From: an uncultured Eubacteriales bacterium
GTDB taxonomy: Bacteria; Bacillota; Clostridia; Christensenellales; Borkfalkiaceae
Length of the DNA stretch: 64,000 nt
Reading direction: 5' to 3'
Assembly: GCA_900543915.1 (NCBI GenBank)
Contig: UQTB01000006.1
Location: forward strand, 10,339-74,338
Shown: one piece after another, positions 1 through 9,122 of the stretch
How the letters are laid out: every line of letters begins with the position of its first letter
How positions within the stretch are numbered: position 1 is the stretch's first letter
Made by a program: the position numbers and the translations under genes
Notes under the pieces: model-generated
Told to the model about the DNA's origin: nothing
The model's database searches: none
The model's input: only the letters and a program-made list of their open reading frames with translations

Positions 1-1473
1 CAAAATGAGAATTTCCGGCTGTCTGACCAGCGCGCGGGCGATGGTCAGGCGCTGGCGCTGCCCGCCGGAGAGATTTCTGCCGCCCTGCTCCACGGGATGG
101 TCCAGCCCGTCCGGAAGCGCGGTCAGAAACTCCGCCGCCTCGCCGATCCGCGCGGCGGTCCAGAGTTCTTCGTCCGAAGCGTCCTCTTTGCCCCACTTCA
201 GGTTATCCCGGATGGTGCCCGAAAAGAGCGCCGCTTTCTGCGGGACGACGCCGAAGAGCGCGCGGAGCTCGCGCATTTTCCAGGTCCGCACGTCCGCGCC
301 CTTTATCTTCACGCTCCCCTCCGTCGCGTCGTAAAAGCGGGGCAGCAGATTTACGAGCGTGGACTTCCCCGCGCCCGTCCCGCCGATGATACCGACGGTC
401 TCTCCCCGCTTCACGGAGAGGGAAATGTGCTCGAGCGCGTTGTCCGCGCCGTCCGCGTAGGAAAAGGAGACGTCGTCGAGCTCGATCAGCGGCGCCTGCC
501 CGTCCGGTTCGGCGCCCGCGCCGTCCGCCATGGAGGGCTCGGTCGCCAGCAGCGCGCGGATGCGCTTGGCGGAGGCTTCTCCCTGCGCCATCATGATGAC
601 GAGTTCCGCGAACGCGACCGCGGCGAGCAGATCCTGCGTCATATAGTTGATGAGCGCGGTGATCTCGCCCTGTTCGAGCACGCCCTGAAAAACCAGTCCG
701 CCGCCGAACCATAAAATACAGATGATGGCGACGTTGATGATCGCGTACGTCGCGGGATTCAGAAGCGCGGAGATCCTGCCCACCGCCACCTGCAGCTTGT
801 TGAGGCGGGTGACGGAATCGTCAAACGCCGCGATCTCTTCCTCCTGCCGCGAAAATGCGCGGACGACCCGCGCGCCCGCCAGGGTCTCGCGGGTGCGCAG
901 GGAAACTTCGTCTAAATTTTTCTGGATCTTTCCGTTTCCGCGGATGCAGGCGCGCATCACGAAATAGATTACGGCGCCCAGCACGGGGACGGTGACGAGA
1001 AAGATCAGCCCCGCCCGCCAGTCGATGAGAAAGGAGGCGACCACCGTTCCCAAAATAATGAAGGGCGCGCGCAAAATCAGGCGCAGAAAGCGGTTCACGC
1101 CCGTCTGCGCGTTGTTCACGTCCTGCGTGATGCGCGTGATCAGCGTGGGAATGCCGATCCCGTCCAGCTCCTTAAACGAAAAGGCGTTGATCCTGCGGTA
1201 GCACGCCGCGCGCACTTCCGTGCCGAACCCGAACGCCGCGACCGCCGAATAATACTGCGCCAGCAGCGAGCACAGAAGTCCCAGGATCCCCATTCCCACC
1301 ATCACGGCGCCCATTTTGAGAATATAGCCCTTGTCTCCGTTCGCGATGCCCACGTCGATGACGTAAGCCACGAGAATGGGAATGGCGAGCTCAAACGCCG
1401 CTTCCAGAAATTTGAAAAGCGGCGCGATGATCGTCTCTTTTTTATAATGCCTCAAATATTTTCTGTAAAACAT
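1..1473 (-). CDS. ABC transporter ATP-binding/permease fusion (exporter, MsbA/multidrug type); C-terminus runs off the window start
   Basis: Minus-strand translation from the ATG at 1473 (RBS AAGAGGAAC upstream) gives an N-terminal 6-TM domain followed by Walker A GGTGAGKST, LSGGQRQRLTIARAL signature and Walker B ILILD. Not in the ORF track because no stop codon lies inside the window. Confidence 0.85.
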   Translation of the reverse strand, partial: MFYRKYLRHYKKETIIAPLFKFLEAAFELAIPILVAYVIDVGIANGDKGYILKMGAVMVGMGILGLLCSLLAQYYSAVAAFGFGTEVRAACYRRINAFSFKELDGIGIPTLITRITQDVNNAQTGVNRFLRLILRAPFIILGTVVASFLIDWRAGLIFLVTVPVLGAVIYFVMRACIRGNGKIQKNLDEVSLRTRETLAGARVVRAFSRQEEEIAAFDDSVTRLNKLQVAVGRISALLNPATYAIINVAIICILWFGGGLVFQGVLEQGEITALINYMTQDLLAAVAFAELVIMMAQGEASAKRIRALLATEPSMADGAGAEPDGQAPLIELDDVSFSYADGADNALEHISLSVKRGETVGIIGGTGAGKSTLVNLLPRFYDATEGSVKIKGADVRTWKMRELRALFGVVPQKAALFSGTIRDNLKWGKEDASDEELWTAARIGEAAEFLTALPDGLDHPVEQGGRNLSGGQRQRLTIARALVRQPEILIL

Positions 1474-1520
1474 GTTCCTCTTGAAAAACGACGGATATAC
1501 TCCGCCGTTTTCGTATGCAA

Positions 1521-2912
1521 TCAGTTTTTGCCGGACAGTTTTTCGTCGATCCCCGCGGCCGCGAGCTTTCCGGCGCCCATCGCCAGAATGACCGTCGCCG
1601 CGCCGGTGACGGCGTCCCCGCCCGCATAGATGCCCACGCGGGACGTCTCTCCTTTCTCATCCACGATGATGCCGCCCCACTTCTCCGTCTCCAGCCCCTC
1701 CGTCGTGGACTTGATGAGCGGATTGGGAGACGTTCCGATGGCGATGACGACCGCGTCCACCGGAAGGACGAAATTGCTGCCCTTCTTCTCGACGGGGCGG
1801 CGCCTGCCGGAAGCGTCCGGCTCGCCGAGCTCCATCTCGACGCACTCGATGCCGCCGACGAACTTCTTTTCGTCGAGCAGGATCCGTACGGGGTTATTGA
1901 GCAGTCTGAAAATAATGCCCTCTTCCTTCGCGTGCTCCACCTCTTCCTTCCGTGCGGGGAGCTCCTCCTCCGAGCGGCGGTAGACGATATAGACTTCCTC
2001 CGCGCCCAGGCGCTTTGCGCAGCGCGCGGCGTCCATCGCGACGTTTCCTCCCCCCACGACCGCCACGCGCTTCGCGCGCATGATCGGCGTGGCGGAATCC
2101 TCCCGGTAAGCCTTCATCAGATTTACGCGGGTCAGAAACTCGTTGGCGGAATACACGCCGTTGAGGTTCTCGCCTTCGATCCCCATGAATTTGGGGAGCC
2201 CCGCGCCCGTCCCGATAAAGACGCACTCGTAACCGCCCTCCTTCATCAGCTCGTCGATGGAAACCGTTCTGCCGACGACGACGTCCGTTCTGATTTCCAC
2301 GCCCAGCTTTTCAAGCTCAGCCACTTCCTTTCTCACGATCTCCTTGGGGAGGCGGAATTCGGGGATCCCGTAAACCAGCACGCCGCCCGCCAGGTGTAGC
2401 GCCTCGAACACGGTGACCGAATATCCCTTCTTCGCGAGGTCGCCCGCGCAGGTCAGCCCTGCGGGGCCCGATCCGATGACGGCGACCTTATGTCCGTTTT
2501 TCTTCCCCGCGGCAGTTTCGGCGTTCTGCTTCGCGTTATGATAGTCCGCCACAAAGCGCTCCAGCCGGCCGATGGCGACGGGTTCGCCCTTGATGCCGCG
2601 CACGCATTTCTGCTCGCACTGCGTCTCCTGGGGGCACACCCTTCCGCACACCGCGGGAAGGGAGCTGGAACGGCTGATGATCTCGTAAGCCGCGTCGAAA
2701 TCCCCCTTCGCCACTTCCGCGATAAACGCGGGGATGTCGATCTGCACGGGGCAGCCCGTGACGCACGGCTTATGCCTGCAGTTCAGGCAGCGCTGCGCCT
2801 CGTCCATCGCGGTCTCGGCGGTATAACCGAGCGCCACCTCCTGAAAATTCTTATTCCTGACTTCGGGCGCCTGCGAAGGCATTTCGTTTTTCTTCAAGGA
2901 CATGTTCGGCAT
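1521..2912 (-). CDS. nfnB: NADPH-dependent oxidoreductase, glutamate synthase small-subunit (GltD)-like; NfnB/SudA type large subunit
   Basis: Cys-rich ferredoxin-like N-terminus (CLNCRHKPCVTGCP, CGRVCPQETQCE), two dinucleotide-binding GxGxxG motifs (VIGSGPAG, VVGGGNVAMD). True start MPNMSLKK at 2912 with RBS AAAGGAGGTG; the ORF-track N-terminal extension overlaps nfnA. Confidence 0.8.
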   Translation of the reverse strand: MPNMSLKKNEMPSQAPEVRNKNFQEVALGYTAETAMDEAQRCLNCRHKPCVTGCPVQIDIPAFIAEVAKGDFDAAYEIISRSSSLPAVCGRVCPQETQCEQKCVRGIKGEPVAIGRLERFVADYHNAKQNAETAAGKKNGHKVAVIGSGPAGLTCAGDLAKKGYSVTVFEALHLAGGVLVYGIPEFRLPKEIVRKEVAELEKLGVEIRTDVVVGRTVSIDELMKEGGYECVFIGTGAGLPKFMGIEGENLNGVYSANEFLTRVNLMKAYREDSATPIMRAKRVAVVGGGNVAMDAARCAKRLGAEEVYIVYRRSEEELPARKEEVEHAKEEGIIFRLLNNPVRILLDEKKFVGGIECVEMELGEPDASGRRRPVEKKGSNFVLPVDAVVIAIGTSPNPLIKSTTEGLETEKWGGIIVDEKGETSRVGIYAGGDAVTGAATVILAMGAGKLAAAGIDEKLSGKN

Positions 2913-2913
2913 A

Positions 2914-3765
2914 TCACTCCACCTCCTTTTTGAAGAGATTGCAGACGCGTTCCCGCTCTTTTTGCTCGAATTCGCGGTACATTCCCGCGCGCTGCATGGT
3001 CTCGTCGAAATCCACCAGATGGCCGTCGAAATCCGGCCCGTCCACACAGGCGAATTTCACTTCTCCCCCGACGGTCAGGCGGCAGCACCCGCACATTCCC
3101 GTTCCGTCGATCATGATCGGGTTCATGCTCACCATGGTTCTGATGCCGTATTCCTTGGTCAGTTTACAGACGAATTTCATCATGACGAGCGGTCCGATCG
3201 CAATCACTTCATCGTATGCTTCTCCCCCCTCGATGAGTTCTTTCAGGGCATCCGTGACCAGTCCCTTCTTTCCGTAACTGCCGTCGTCCGTCATCAAGAC
3301 CAGCCGGTCGGACGCCGCGGCGAATTCTCTTTCCAGAATGACCAGATCGCGGCTGCGGAACCCGACGACCGAATGCACGACGGAGCCCTGCTGATGGAAT
3401 TTTTTGGCGACGGGATAGGCGATCGCACAGCCGACGCCGCCCCCCACGATGGCGACTTTTTTCGCCGTCGTGACGGTGGGCCTGCCCAGCGGCCCCACGA
3501 AATCCCGGATCGAATCCCCCTCGTTTTTGTGATTCAAAAGCTCAGTGGTTCCCCCGACCACCTGAAAAATGATGGTGACCGTCCCCTTTTCGCGGTCGTA
3601 ATCCGCTACGGTAAGCGGGATACGCTCCCCCTCCTCGTCCACGCGGAGGATGATAAACTGTCCCGGCTGGGCCTTTTTCGCCACCAACGGGGCGTCGATC
3701 TCCATCAGCGTCACGGTGGGATTCAAGATCTCCTTTCTGATAATCCGATACATTTCGCACCTCAC
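2914..3765 (-). CDS. nfnA: Ferredoxin-NADP reductase-like small subunit (PyrK/SudB/NfnA type) with C-terminal Cys cluster
   Basis: FAD/NAD-binding PyrK-like fold (GQFIILRV, IVGGGVGCA) and C-terminal CGCCR...C cluster. Its stop lies 1 nt from the nfnB start, so the two are an operon. Confidence 0.75.
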   Translation of the reverse strand: MRCEMYRIIRKEILNPTVTLMEIDAPLVAKKAQPGQFIILRVDEEGERIPLTVADYDREKGTVTIIFQVVGGTTELLNHKNEGDSIRDFVGPLGRPTVTTAKKVAIVGGGVGCAIAYPVAKKFHQQGSVVHSVVGFRSRDLVILEREFAAASDRLVLMTDDGSYGKKGLVTDALKELIEGGEAYDEVIAIGPLVMMKFVCKLTKEYGIRTMVSMNPIMIDGTGMCGCCRLTVGGEVKFACVDGPDFDGHLVDFDETMQRAGMYREFEQKERERVCNLFKKEVE

Positions 3766-3927
3766 ATATTTATTACCAATCGTCTTTCGGCGTCAGTTTG
3801 ATATCGTCGTAAAAGGCAAAGTAGCGCTCTTTTTCCGAACGGCGGGTTTCCGCCTCCTCTTCCAGTTCTTCGGGCAAAACGCCGTCGTCGTCCAGTTCTT
3901 CGCTCCTGCGCATCTGATCGTATTCGC

Positions 3928-4212
3928 TCAAGTTATCTCCCTTTTCAGTATGGTTTTATACCCCTCGCCGTAGCGCACGCACTTGGATACGCGCGAGAGC
4001 GTTGCGGAGGAAATATTGGTCTCCGCGATGATCTGTTCGTAGGTTTTCCCCTCCAGGAGAAGTTTGGCGGCATGCACCCGCTGGCTCATGGACTCCGCCT
4101 CGTTATACGTAAGCAAATCCTCGAAAAACGCGCCGCACTCCTCCAGCGTATTGAGTCGCAAAATCGCCTCGAACAGTTCCCTGTTTTTTTCGATATATTC
4201 CCGATCGGACAT
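3928..4212 (-). CDS. YerC/YecD family TrpR-like DNA-binding protein
   Basis: 95-aa protein [20 protein letters not shown]...TYEQIIAETNISSATLSRVSKCVRYG. True start at 4212 with GGAGG RBS; the ORF-track 177-aa version is an artefactual N-terminal extension. Confidence 0.6.
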   Translation of the reverse strand: MSDREYIEKNRELFEAILRLNTLEECGAFFEDLLTYNEAESMSQRVHAAKLLLEGKTYEQIIAETNISSATLSRVSKCVRYGEGYKTILKREIT

Positions 4213-5069
4213 CAGTTTTCCTCCCTCTTTTTCAGAAAAGCTCTCATCTTTTCGCTCTTGGGGCTGCCGAACACCGCTTCGGGCGTTCCCTCCTCCTCGA
4301 CGACGCCGTCCGCCATGAAAAGCACGTAGTCGGCCACCTCCCGCGCAAATTCCATCTCGTGCGTGACGACGATCATCGTCCTGCCCTTCAAGCTGCGGAT
4401 GACTTTCAAAACCTCCCCCGTCAGCTCGGGGTCGAGCGCGGAAGTCGGCTCGTCGAAACACAGAACCGCCGGCTCCAGCGCGAGCGCGCGCGCGATGGCG
4501 ACTCTCTGCTGCTGCCCGCCGGACAGTTCAAACGGGTAGCTTTCCCTCTTCTCCGCCAGCCCCACGCGCTCCAGAAGTTCTCCCGCCCTGATCCTGTTCC
4601 GCTCCAACAGAGAGCGGTAACAGGCGTTCGCCTCCGCTTTTGCTCTGCGCGCGCGGCAAAAATACGAAAGGGCTTCTTCCTCTTTCAGCTCCGCCTTCCG
4701 CCGGCGGCAGAACGCCCTTGCCTGCTCCTTCGCGAGCAGATCCGCGGCGAGCGAGACGTTCTTCTCCGCACGGTAATGAGGGAACAGATTGAAGTTCTGA
4801 AAAACCAGCCCGAATTTCAGCCGCTTTTCCCTGAGCGCGGCGTCCGAATAGACCTCCGCCGCATCCGATAAAAGCGCTCCGTTCAGATAGACTTTTCCCT
4901 CGTCGGGCGTTTCCAGGTAATTGAGACACCTCAAAAGAGTGGTCTTGCCGCTTCCCGACGATCCTATTATAACCAAAATCTGCCCCTCTTGTAAAGTAAA
5001 GTTTATCCCTTTTAAGACTTCCGTCTGATTAAATTTTTTCCGGAAGTTCTCCACGCGTAAAATTTCCAT
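4212..5069 (-). CDS. Amino-acid ABC transporter ATP-binding protein (GlnQ/ArtP family) with a ~45-aa Arg-rich insertion before the signature motif
   Basis: Walker [11 protein letters not shown]-loop [27 protein letters not shown], Walker [13 protein letters not shown]-loop VVTHEM. Start MEILRVENF at 5069; the ORF-track upstream extension overlaps the permease. Confidence 0.85.
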   Translation of the reverse strand: MEILRVENFRKKFNQTEVLKGINFTLQEGQILVIIGSSGSGKTTLLRCLNYLETPDEGKVYLNGALLSDAAEVYSDAALREKRLKFGLVFQNFNLFPHYRAEKNVSLAADLLAKEQARAFCRRRKAELKEEEALSYFCRARRAKAEANACYRSLLERNRIRAGELLERVGLAEKRESYPFELSGGQQQRVAIARALALEPAVLCFDEPTSALDPELTGEVLKVIRSLKGRTMIVVTHEMEFAREVADYVLFMADGVVEEEGTPEAVFGSPKSEKMRAFLKKREEN

Positions 5070-5071
5070 CG

Positions 5072-5719
5072 TCACACCTTGATAAAATCCAGTTTCTTTT
5101 CCAGCCAACGGAACAAAAGCGTCAATAAGCCAACGAACAGCAGATAGAAAACCGCCGTGTAAAAGATGGGCCAGACGAGCCCTTTCAGAAGCCAGTTTTC
5201 GGCTACCTTCAAGATCTCCGTCACCACGATGACGCGCGCGAGCGACGTATCTTTCACCAGCGTGATGATCTCGTTGGACATGGGCGGCACGATCCGCTTG
5301 ACGACCTGCAAAAGGATGACGCGGAAGAAAATCTGCCCCCTGGTCATGCCGAGCACCTGCCCCGCCTCGTACTGCCCGCGGGGAACGCTCTCGATGCCGC
5401 CGCGGTAAATTTCCGAAAAATAACACGCGTAATTGATGACGAACGCCACCAGTACGGCGATCAGGCGGGGCATGACGGGGACGTGGAAGAGCAGCGCCGG
5501 CCCGTAAAAGATAAACAGAATCTGCAGCAGAAGCGGCGTACCGCGGATGATCCAGACGAACGTACGCACGACGGCTCTCAGCGGTTTAAAGCCGGACATG
5601 GAGCCGAAAGCGACCAATAGCCCTATCGGCAGCGACAGGGCTAAGGTGATGATGAAGATCAAACAGGTTGTGCCGAACCCCTCCAGGAGTTCCAGCGTTA
5701 TTTGGAGGAACTGATCCAT
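5072..5719 (-). CDS. Amino-acid ABC transporter permease (polar amino acid / His-Glu-Gln-Arg-opine family)
   Basis: 215 aa with multiple TM helices and the conserved EAA-like loop motif ([21 protein letters not shown]). Confidence 0.85.
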   Translation of the reverse strand: MDQFLQITLELLEGFGTTCLIFIITLALSLPIGLLVAFGSMSGFKPLRAVVRTFVWIIRGTPLLLQILFIFYGPALLFHVPVMPRLIAVLVAFVINYACYFSEIYRGGIESVPRGQYEAGQVLGMTRGQIFFRVILLQVVKRIVPPMSNEIITLVKDTSLARVIVVTEILKVAENWLLKGLVWPIFYTAVFYLLFVGLLTLLFRWLEKKLDFIKV

Positions 5720-5736
5720 AAGCGCTCCGGAGCCGT

Positions 5737-6492
5737 TTAACCCATGTATTTTTTGACGAGCGCGTCGAAGGTTCCGTCCGTCTCGTACTGCGCGATCAGC
5801 CTGTTGAGGGCGGCGAGAAGCTCGGCATCTTCCTTTCTGACGCCGATGCCGTACGTTTCTCCCTCAAATCCCACGTCGATATAGGTGAGATCCGCATAGC
5901 TCGTGCCCTCTCCCGTCATCGCCTTCGCCATGGTGATGTCGATCACCGCGACGTCGGAAGCGCCGCTCTTGACTTCCAGCAGGCAGTCCGCCTGTTTCCC
6001 CAGCCCGTTGATCTCGACGCCGAGATCCTTTGTCACGGTTTCCCCCGCGCTCCCCGATTCCACGGCGATGGACGTTGCCTGAGAGAGACTGGCGATATCC
6101 GTATAGCGGTCCTTCTCCTCCGCTCTGACGACGACGACCTGCTTGTTTTCCATATAGGGATCCGTAATCGACATATACTCTTTCAGCTCTTCCTTGATGG
6201 TCATGCCGTTCCAGATGAGGTCAATCTCTTTCGTCGTCAGGGCGATCTGCTTTTTCTCCCAATCGATCTCCTTGAATACGGGCGTATACCCCAGTTCCGC
6301 GCAAGCCTTTTCCGCAAACTCCGTGTCGAAGCCGACGAGCTTGCCGTTCTCGTCAAAATAGTTCATCGGCGCGTAATACGTAATCCCGATGACCAGCTCG
6401 TTTTCCCCTTTGCCGGGATTGCAAGCCGCCGTTCCCGCCATAAGCGAGGCAAAGCACACTGCGCTCAACAAAAATGCTGCGATTTTTTTCAT
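5737..6492 (-). CDS. Amino-acid ABC transporter substrate-binding lipoprotein
   Basis: Signal peptide with lipobox (LMAGTAAC) and a type-2 periplasmic binding fold. RBS AAAGGAGACGG; a TTTACA-N17-TATAAT promoter lies about 50 nt upstream on the minus strand. Confidence 0.8.
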   Translation of the reverse strand: MKKIAAFLLSAVCFASLMAGTAACNPGKGENELVIGITYYAPMNYFDENGKLVGFDTEFAEKACAELGYTPVFKEIDWEKKQIALTTKEIDLIWNGMTIKEELKEYMSITDPYMENKQVVVVRAEEKDRYTDIASLSQATSIAVESGSAGETVTKDLGVEINGLGKQADCLLEVKSGASDVAVIDITMAKAMTGEGTSYADLTYIDVGFEGETYGIGVRKEDAELLAALNRLIAQYETDGTFDALVKKYMG

Positions 6493-6964
6493 TTCTCCGT
6501 CTCCTTTACTTCATTACTTTAATTTGATAAAGTTATGATGACATTATACTTTATTACTTTAAATTTGTAAAGTGTTTTGACGGCAAAAATAAAAAAAATT
6601 TAAAAAAGTGCCAAATTTTTTTCGCAATATATGCGCATACGTATGAATTTCCCGGCCGTTTCTCCCTTCTGGCGGTAAAATGCGCGCGCCTCCCGGGCAA
6701 AAATTGATCGGGCGCGCGCGCCGCTCTCGTAAGCTGAGCGGCCTTTTCGCCGCTTTTTTTCGTTATTTATGATGAGATTCGAAAAACAGAAAGCGTGAAA
6801 CAAGTTGTATCTAAACAGATCGGCCGCCCCATTGAAATCATGTTCTGATGCAGAAAATGGTTTTGCAAGCGAAAAATGCCTCCTTCCCCTCTGCAAGGCT
6901 TCCAAGCGGATTGTCTCGCTTTTCGATCTTTTCCTGTCGGCGCAGGATCCCCTCTTGAAATTTT

Positions 6965-7276
6965 CTTTTCACAATAAACATCTACCGGCTAAGCCGATGG
7001 TTTTTCGCTTTCGGGCTGTTAGCCCTAACACTGCCGCCAGCGCTCGCGCATATGACGCCCCGGCAGGCATGCAACCGTTACTTGCTTCCCGTGAACGCGC
7101 CCCTTTCCGCATCTTGTTCTTCCCGAATTGTCTCGCTCTTTTTTACGTTTCTGTTTTCTTTTTGAAAGCGGCACTTTCCTCTTTTTTGTTCATCGTTAAT
7201 GCCTTTTTCGGCCCCCGCCGTTATGGCGGGGGCGCTATACCAAAAGAGCGAAGACTCAAAAACCTTCGCTCTTTAT
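6965..7276 (+). repeat. Dispersed non-coding repeat family 1, copy A (~310 bp), ending in a bidirectional terminator hairpin
   Basis: About 80% nucleotide identity to 50345-50652 over the GGCTAAGCC...TTAGCCC hairpin module and the body, and to the reverse complement of 53955-54255. Indels break every reading frame between copies. Ends with hairpins GCCCCCGCC/GGCGGGGGC and AGAGCGAAG/CTTCGCTCT followed by T-runs on both strands. Confidence 0.7.
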
Positions 7277-7301
7277 TTCCTGTGAAAATTTGCGCACGCC
7301 G

Positions 7302-8759
7302 TCAGGAGGCCTTTTTCTTCCCGCGGCGCTCCGAAACCGCCTTGACGCGCTGCGGGGCTTCTTCCTGCTCCTCCACCGCCCGCAGCGCCTCCACGGAGAC
7401 CGAGCGGGTATGATAAATCGGCTTCCACTCCACCTTTTTGAACAGCGCGACCAGCGCGATGGGCAGATAGGTAAACATAAAGAGGGGGAACAAAAAGAGA
7501 TGGAAGATCTTTTTCCAAGTCGGACAGAGAATTTTCCTGCGCTCCGTCAGCAGCGTGATCCCCCCGAACAGGAGAAAGACGAGATACATATTGACCGCAT
7601 ACAGCCCGATGTGCGCCAGAGCTCCCAGCCCCGCACCGACGTTTCCCATTGAAAAACCGACGATCGCGCAGACGGTGTTGAAAAACAGCGTAGCGAGCGT
7701 GATCAGGAGCGCGGGACAGATCGTCGTCAGGATATCGTAACAGGAAAAATTGCGGATATCCTCTTTCATCAGGCGCCGGCCCTTTTTGGCGAATACCTGA
7801 TAAAACCCCTTCGCCCAGCGCTCGCGTTGGCGCCAGGACTGGCGGAAACGCGACGGCTGTTCGTCGAACAGCATGGCGTCCTTGGCAAATCCGATCTTGC
7901 GTCCGCTCAAAGCGAACTCCGTGGAACACTCGATATCCTCCGTCAGGGTGAAAAACTCCCAGTTTCCGTACTCTTTCACCACGTCGCGCGCGATCAGAAA
8001 CCCCGTCCCCGATATCGCACAGCTGCTTCCGAGCGTCATTCTGGCGCTGTTTAAGTGACAGGATTCGTGCAAAAACCAGTAGCCGTACCCGCTCGCGATC
8101 CAGTTTTCCCCGAAATTTTTGCTGTTCCGATAACTCGTGACCATGTCGTATCCGCGGTCGAACACCTTGTTCATCTCCGTCAGATAGGTCTTCGTCAGAA
8201 TATTGTCCGCATCCAGCACGACGTAAGCGTCGCAGCGCTCCGCGTAGAGCGGATCGGCGTGAAGATGCTCGAACAGATAGTGGAGGGCGAACCCCTTGCC
8301 GACTTTTTCCGGATCGTTGCGCTCGTACACGATACAGCCGAGCGAACGCGCGAGCGCCGCGGTCTGATCCGTACAGTTATCCGCCACGACGAAGATATCC
8401 ACCAGCTCCGCGGGATAGTCGTTGCGGCGAATGCTCTCGATGAGCTGTCCCAAAACCTTCTCCTCGTTGCGCGCGCAGATGACGATTCCCAGCCGATGGC
8501 GCTTTCCGGCGGGCGGTAAGGCCCGCTTTCCGCGGAAAACGCTGACGAACAGGTAGACGAACTGATGCAGATATAATAAGATAAAAAACAAAAAGAGCGC
8601 GCCGTTGACGATATTGACGATATTCGTCAGAATATCCTGCGTCGGCTCTCCGAATATTCCGCCGCCGATCAGCCGCGCGCATTCGGACGCGCGCGCCGCC
8701 GAAAAAGTGATAAAGTTTTTCAGCAAAAATACTACCTCCTCGGAATGCTTCCCAAACAA
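7302..8759 (-). CDS. Membrane-embedded processive family-2 glycosyltransferase (PNAG-/cellulose-synthase-like, IcaA/PgaC/BcsA type)
   Basis: N-terminal TM helices, GT-A domain with VLDADN (DxD), the QxxRW-type motif (QPSRFRQSWRQRERWAKG) and C-terminal multi-TM region. Confidence 0.8.
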   Translation of the reverse strand: MFGKHSEEVVFLLKNFITFSAARASECARLIGGGIFGEPTQDILTNIVNIVNGALFLFFILLYLHQFVYLFVSVFRGKRALPPAGKRHRLGIVICARNEEKVLGQLIESIRRNDYPAELVDIFVVADNCTDQTAALARSLGCIVYERNDPEKVGKGFALHYLFEHLHADPLYAERCDAYVVLDADNILTKTYLTEMNKVFDRGYDMVTSYRNSKNFGENWIASGYGYWFLHESCHLNSARMTLGSSCAISGTGFLIARDVVKEYGNWEFFTLTEDIECSTEFALSGRKIGFAKDAMLFDEQPSRFRQSWRQRERWAKGFYQVFAKKGRRLMKEDIRNFSCYDILTTICPALLITLATLFFNTVCAIVGFSMGNVGAGLGALAHIGLYAVNMYLVFLLFGGITLLTERRKILCPTWKKIFHLFLFPLFMFTYLPIALVALFKKVEWKPIYHTRSVSVEALRAVEEQEEAPQRVKAVSERRGKKKAS

Positions 8760-9122
8760 AACGATCGGGAGAAACGGTTTGTCCCGTATTTTTTTATTTT
8801 TCCTATCTTTTCACATATGTTGTTAAGTATAACATATCTTTATGCCTTTGTCAATCATTCAAAAAAAGAGTGGATAAATATGGTATTTAATCATCATGTT
8901 GAGTCACCGCAAAAGCAGAAAGTCGAAACAGCCCATCATTTTTTGCTCCCATTGCCGAGATCCTTCACTTCTTTCAGAAATGATGATATTCTTACACTGC
9001 ATTGTAACTTTTCCGAAACTCCGCGCGGAAATAAGCGAACGCACGCCGCGCTGTTCTATTTTAATCTGCTCTTTTCCATCGGTTTTTAATCGCAGAAGGC
9101 AAGAAAACCGTGGCGGAACGCC

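Noticed and set aside
97-714. Plus-strand 205-aa ORF, minus-strand 169-aa ORF (203-712) and 5-334 + ORF over the window start
   Set aside because: They are antisense or off-frame to the ABC exporter gene, whose minus-strand frame gives perfect Walker A / LSGGQ / Walker B motifs. Their Arg/Ala/Gly-rich composition is typical of spurious ORFs in high-GC DNA.
1515-3801. Plus-strand ORFs 1515-2399, 2490-2933, 2902-3801 and others over nfnAB
   Set aside because: These ORFs run antisense to two well-supported minus-strand genes with clear cofactor motifs, and they show no motifs of their own.
6805-7413. 202-aa ORF (6805-7413 +) and its counterpart, the 110-aa ORF (50284-50616 +)
   Set aside because: They translate repeat family 1. 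The two copies share nucleotide similarity but indels shift the frame, so the protein similarity is confined to short stretches. This makes them non-coding.
7273-7929. 218-aa minus-strand ORF overlapping the 3' half of the GT2 gene in another frame
   Set aside because: It lies inside the GT2 gene, which has DxD and QxxRW motifs in its own frame; it is a high-GC artefact.
8760-9120. Possible c-di-GMP riboswitch upstream of the GT2 gene
   Set aside because: By-eye search of both strands found neither the GEMM-I core (…ACGCACAGGGCAAACC…GGGACGCAAAGCC…) nor the GEMM-II motifs; a covariance-model search is needed.
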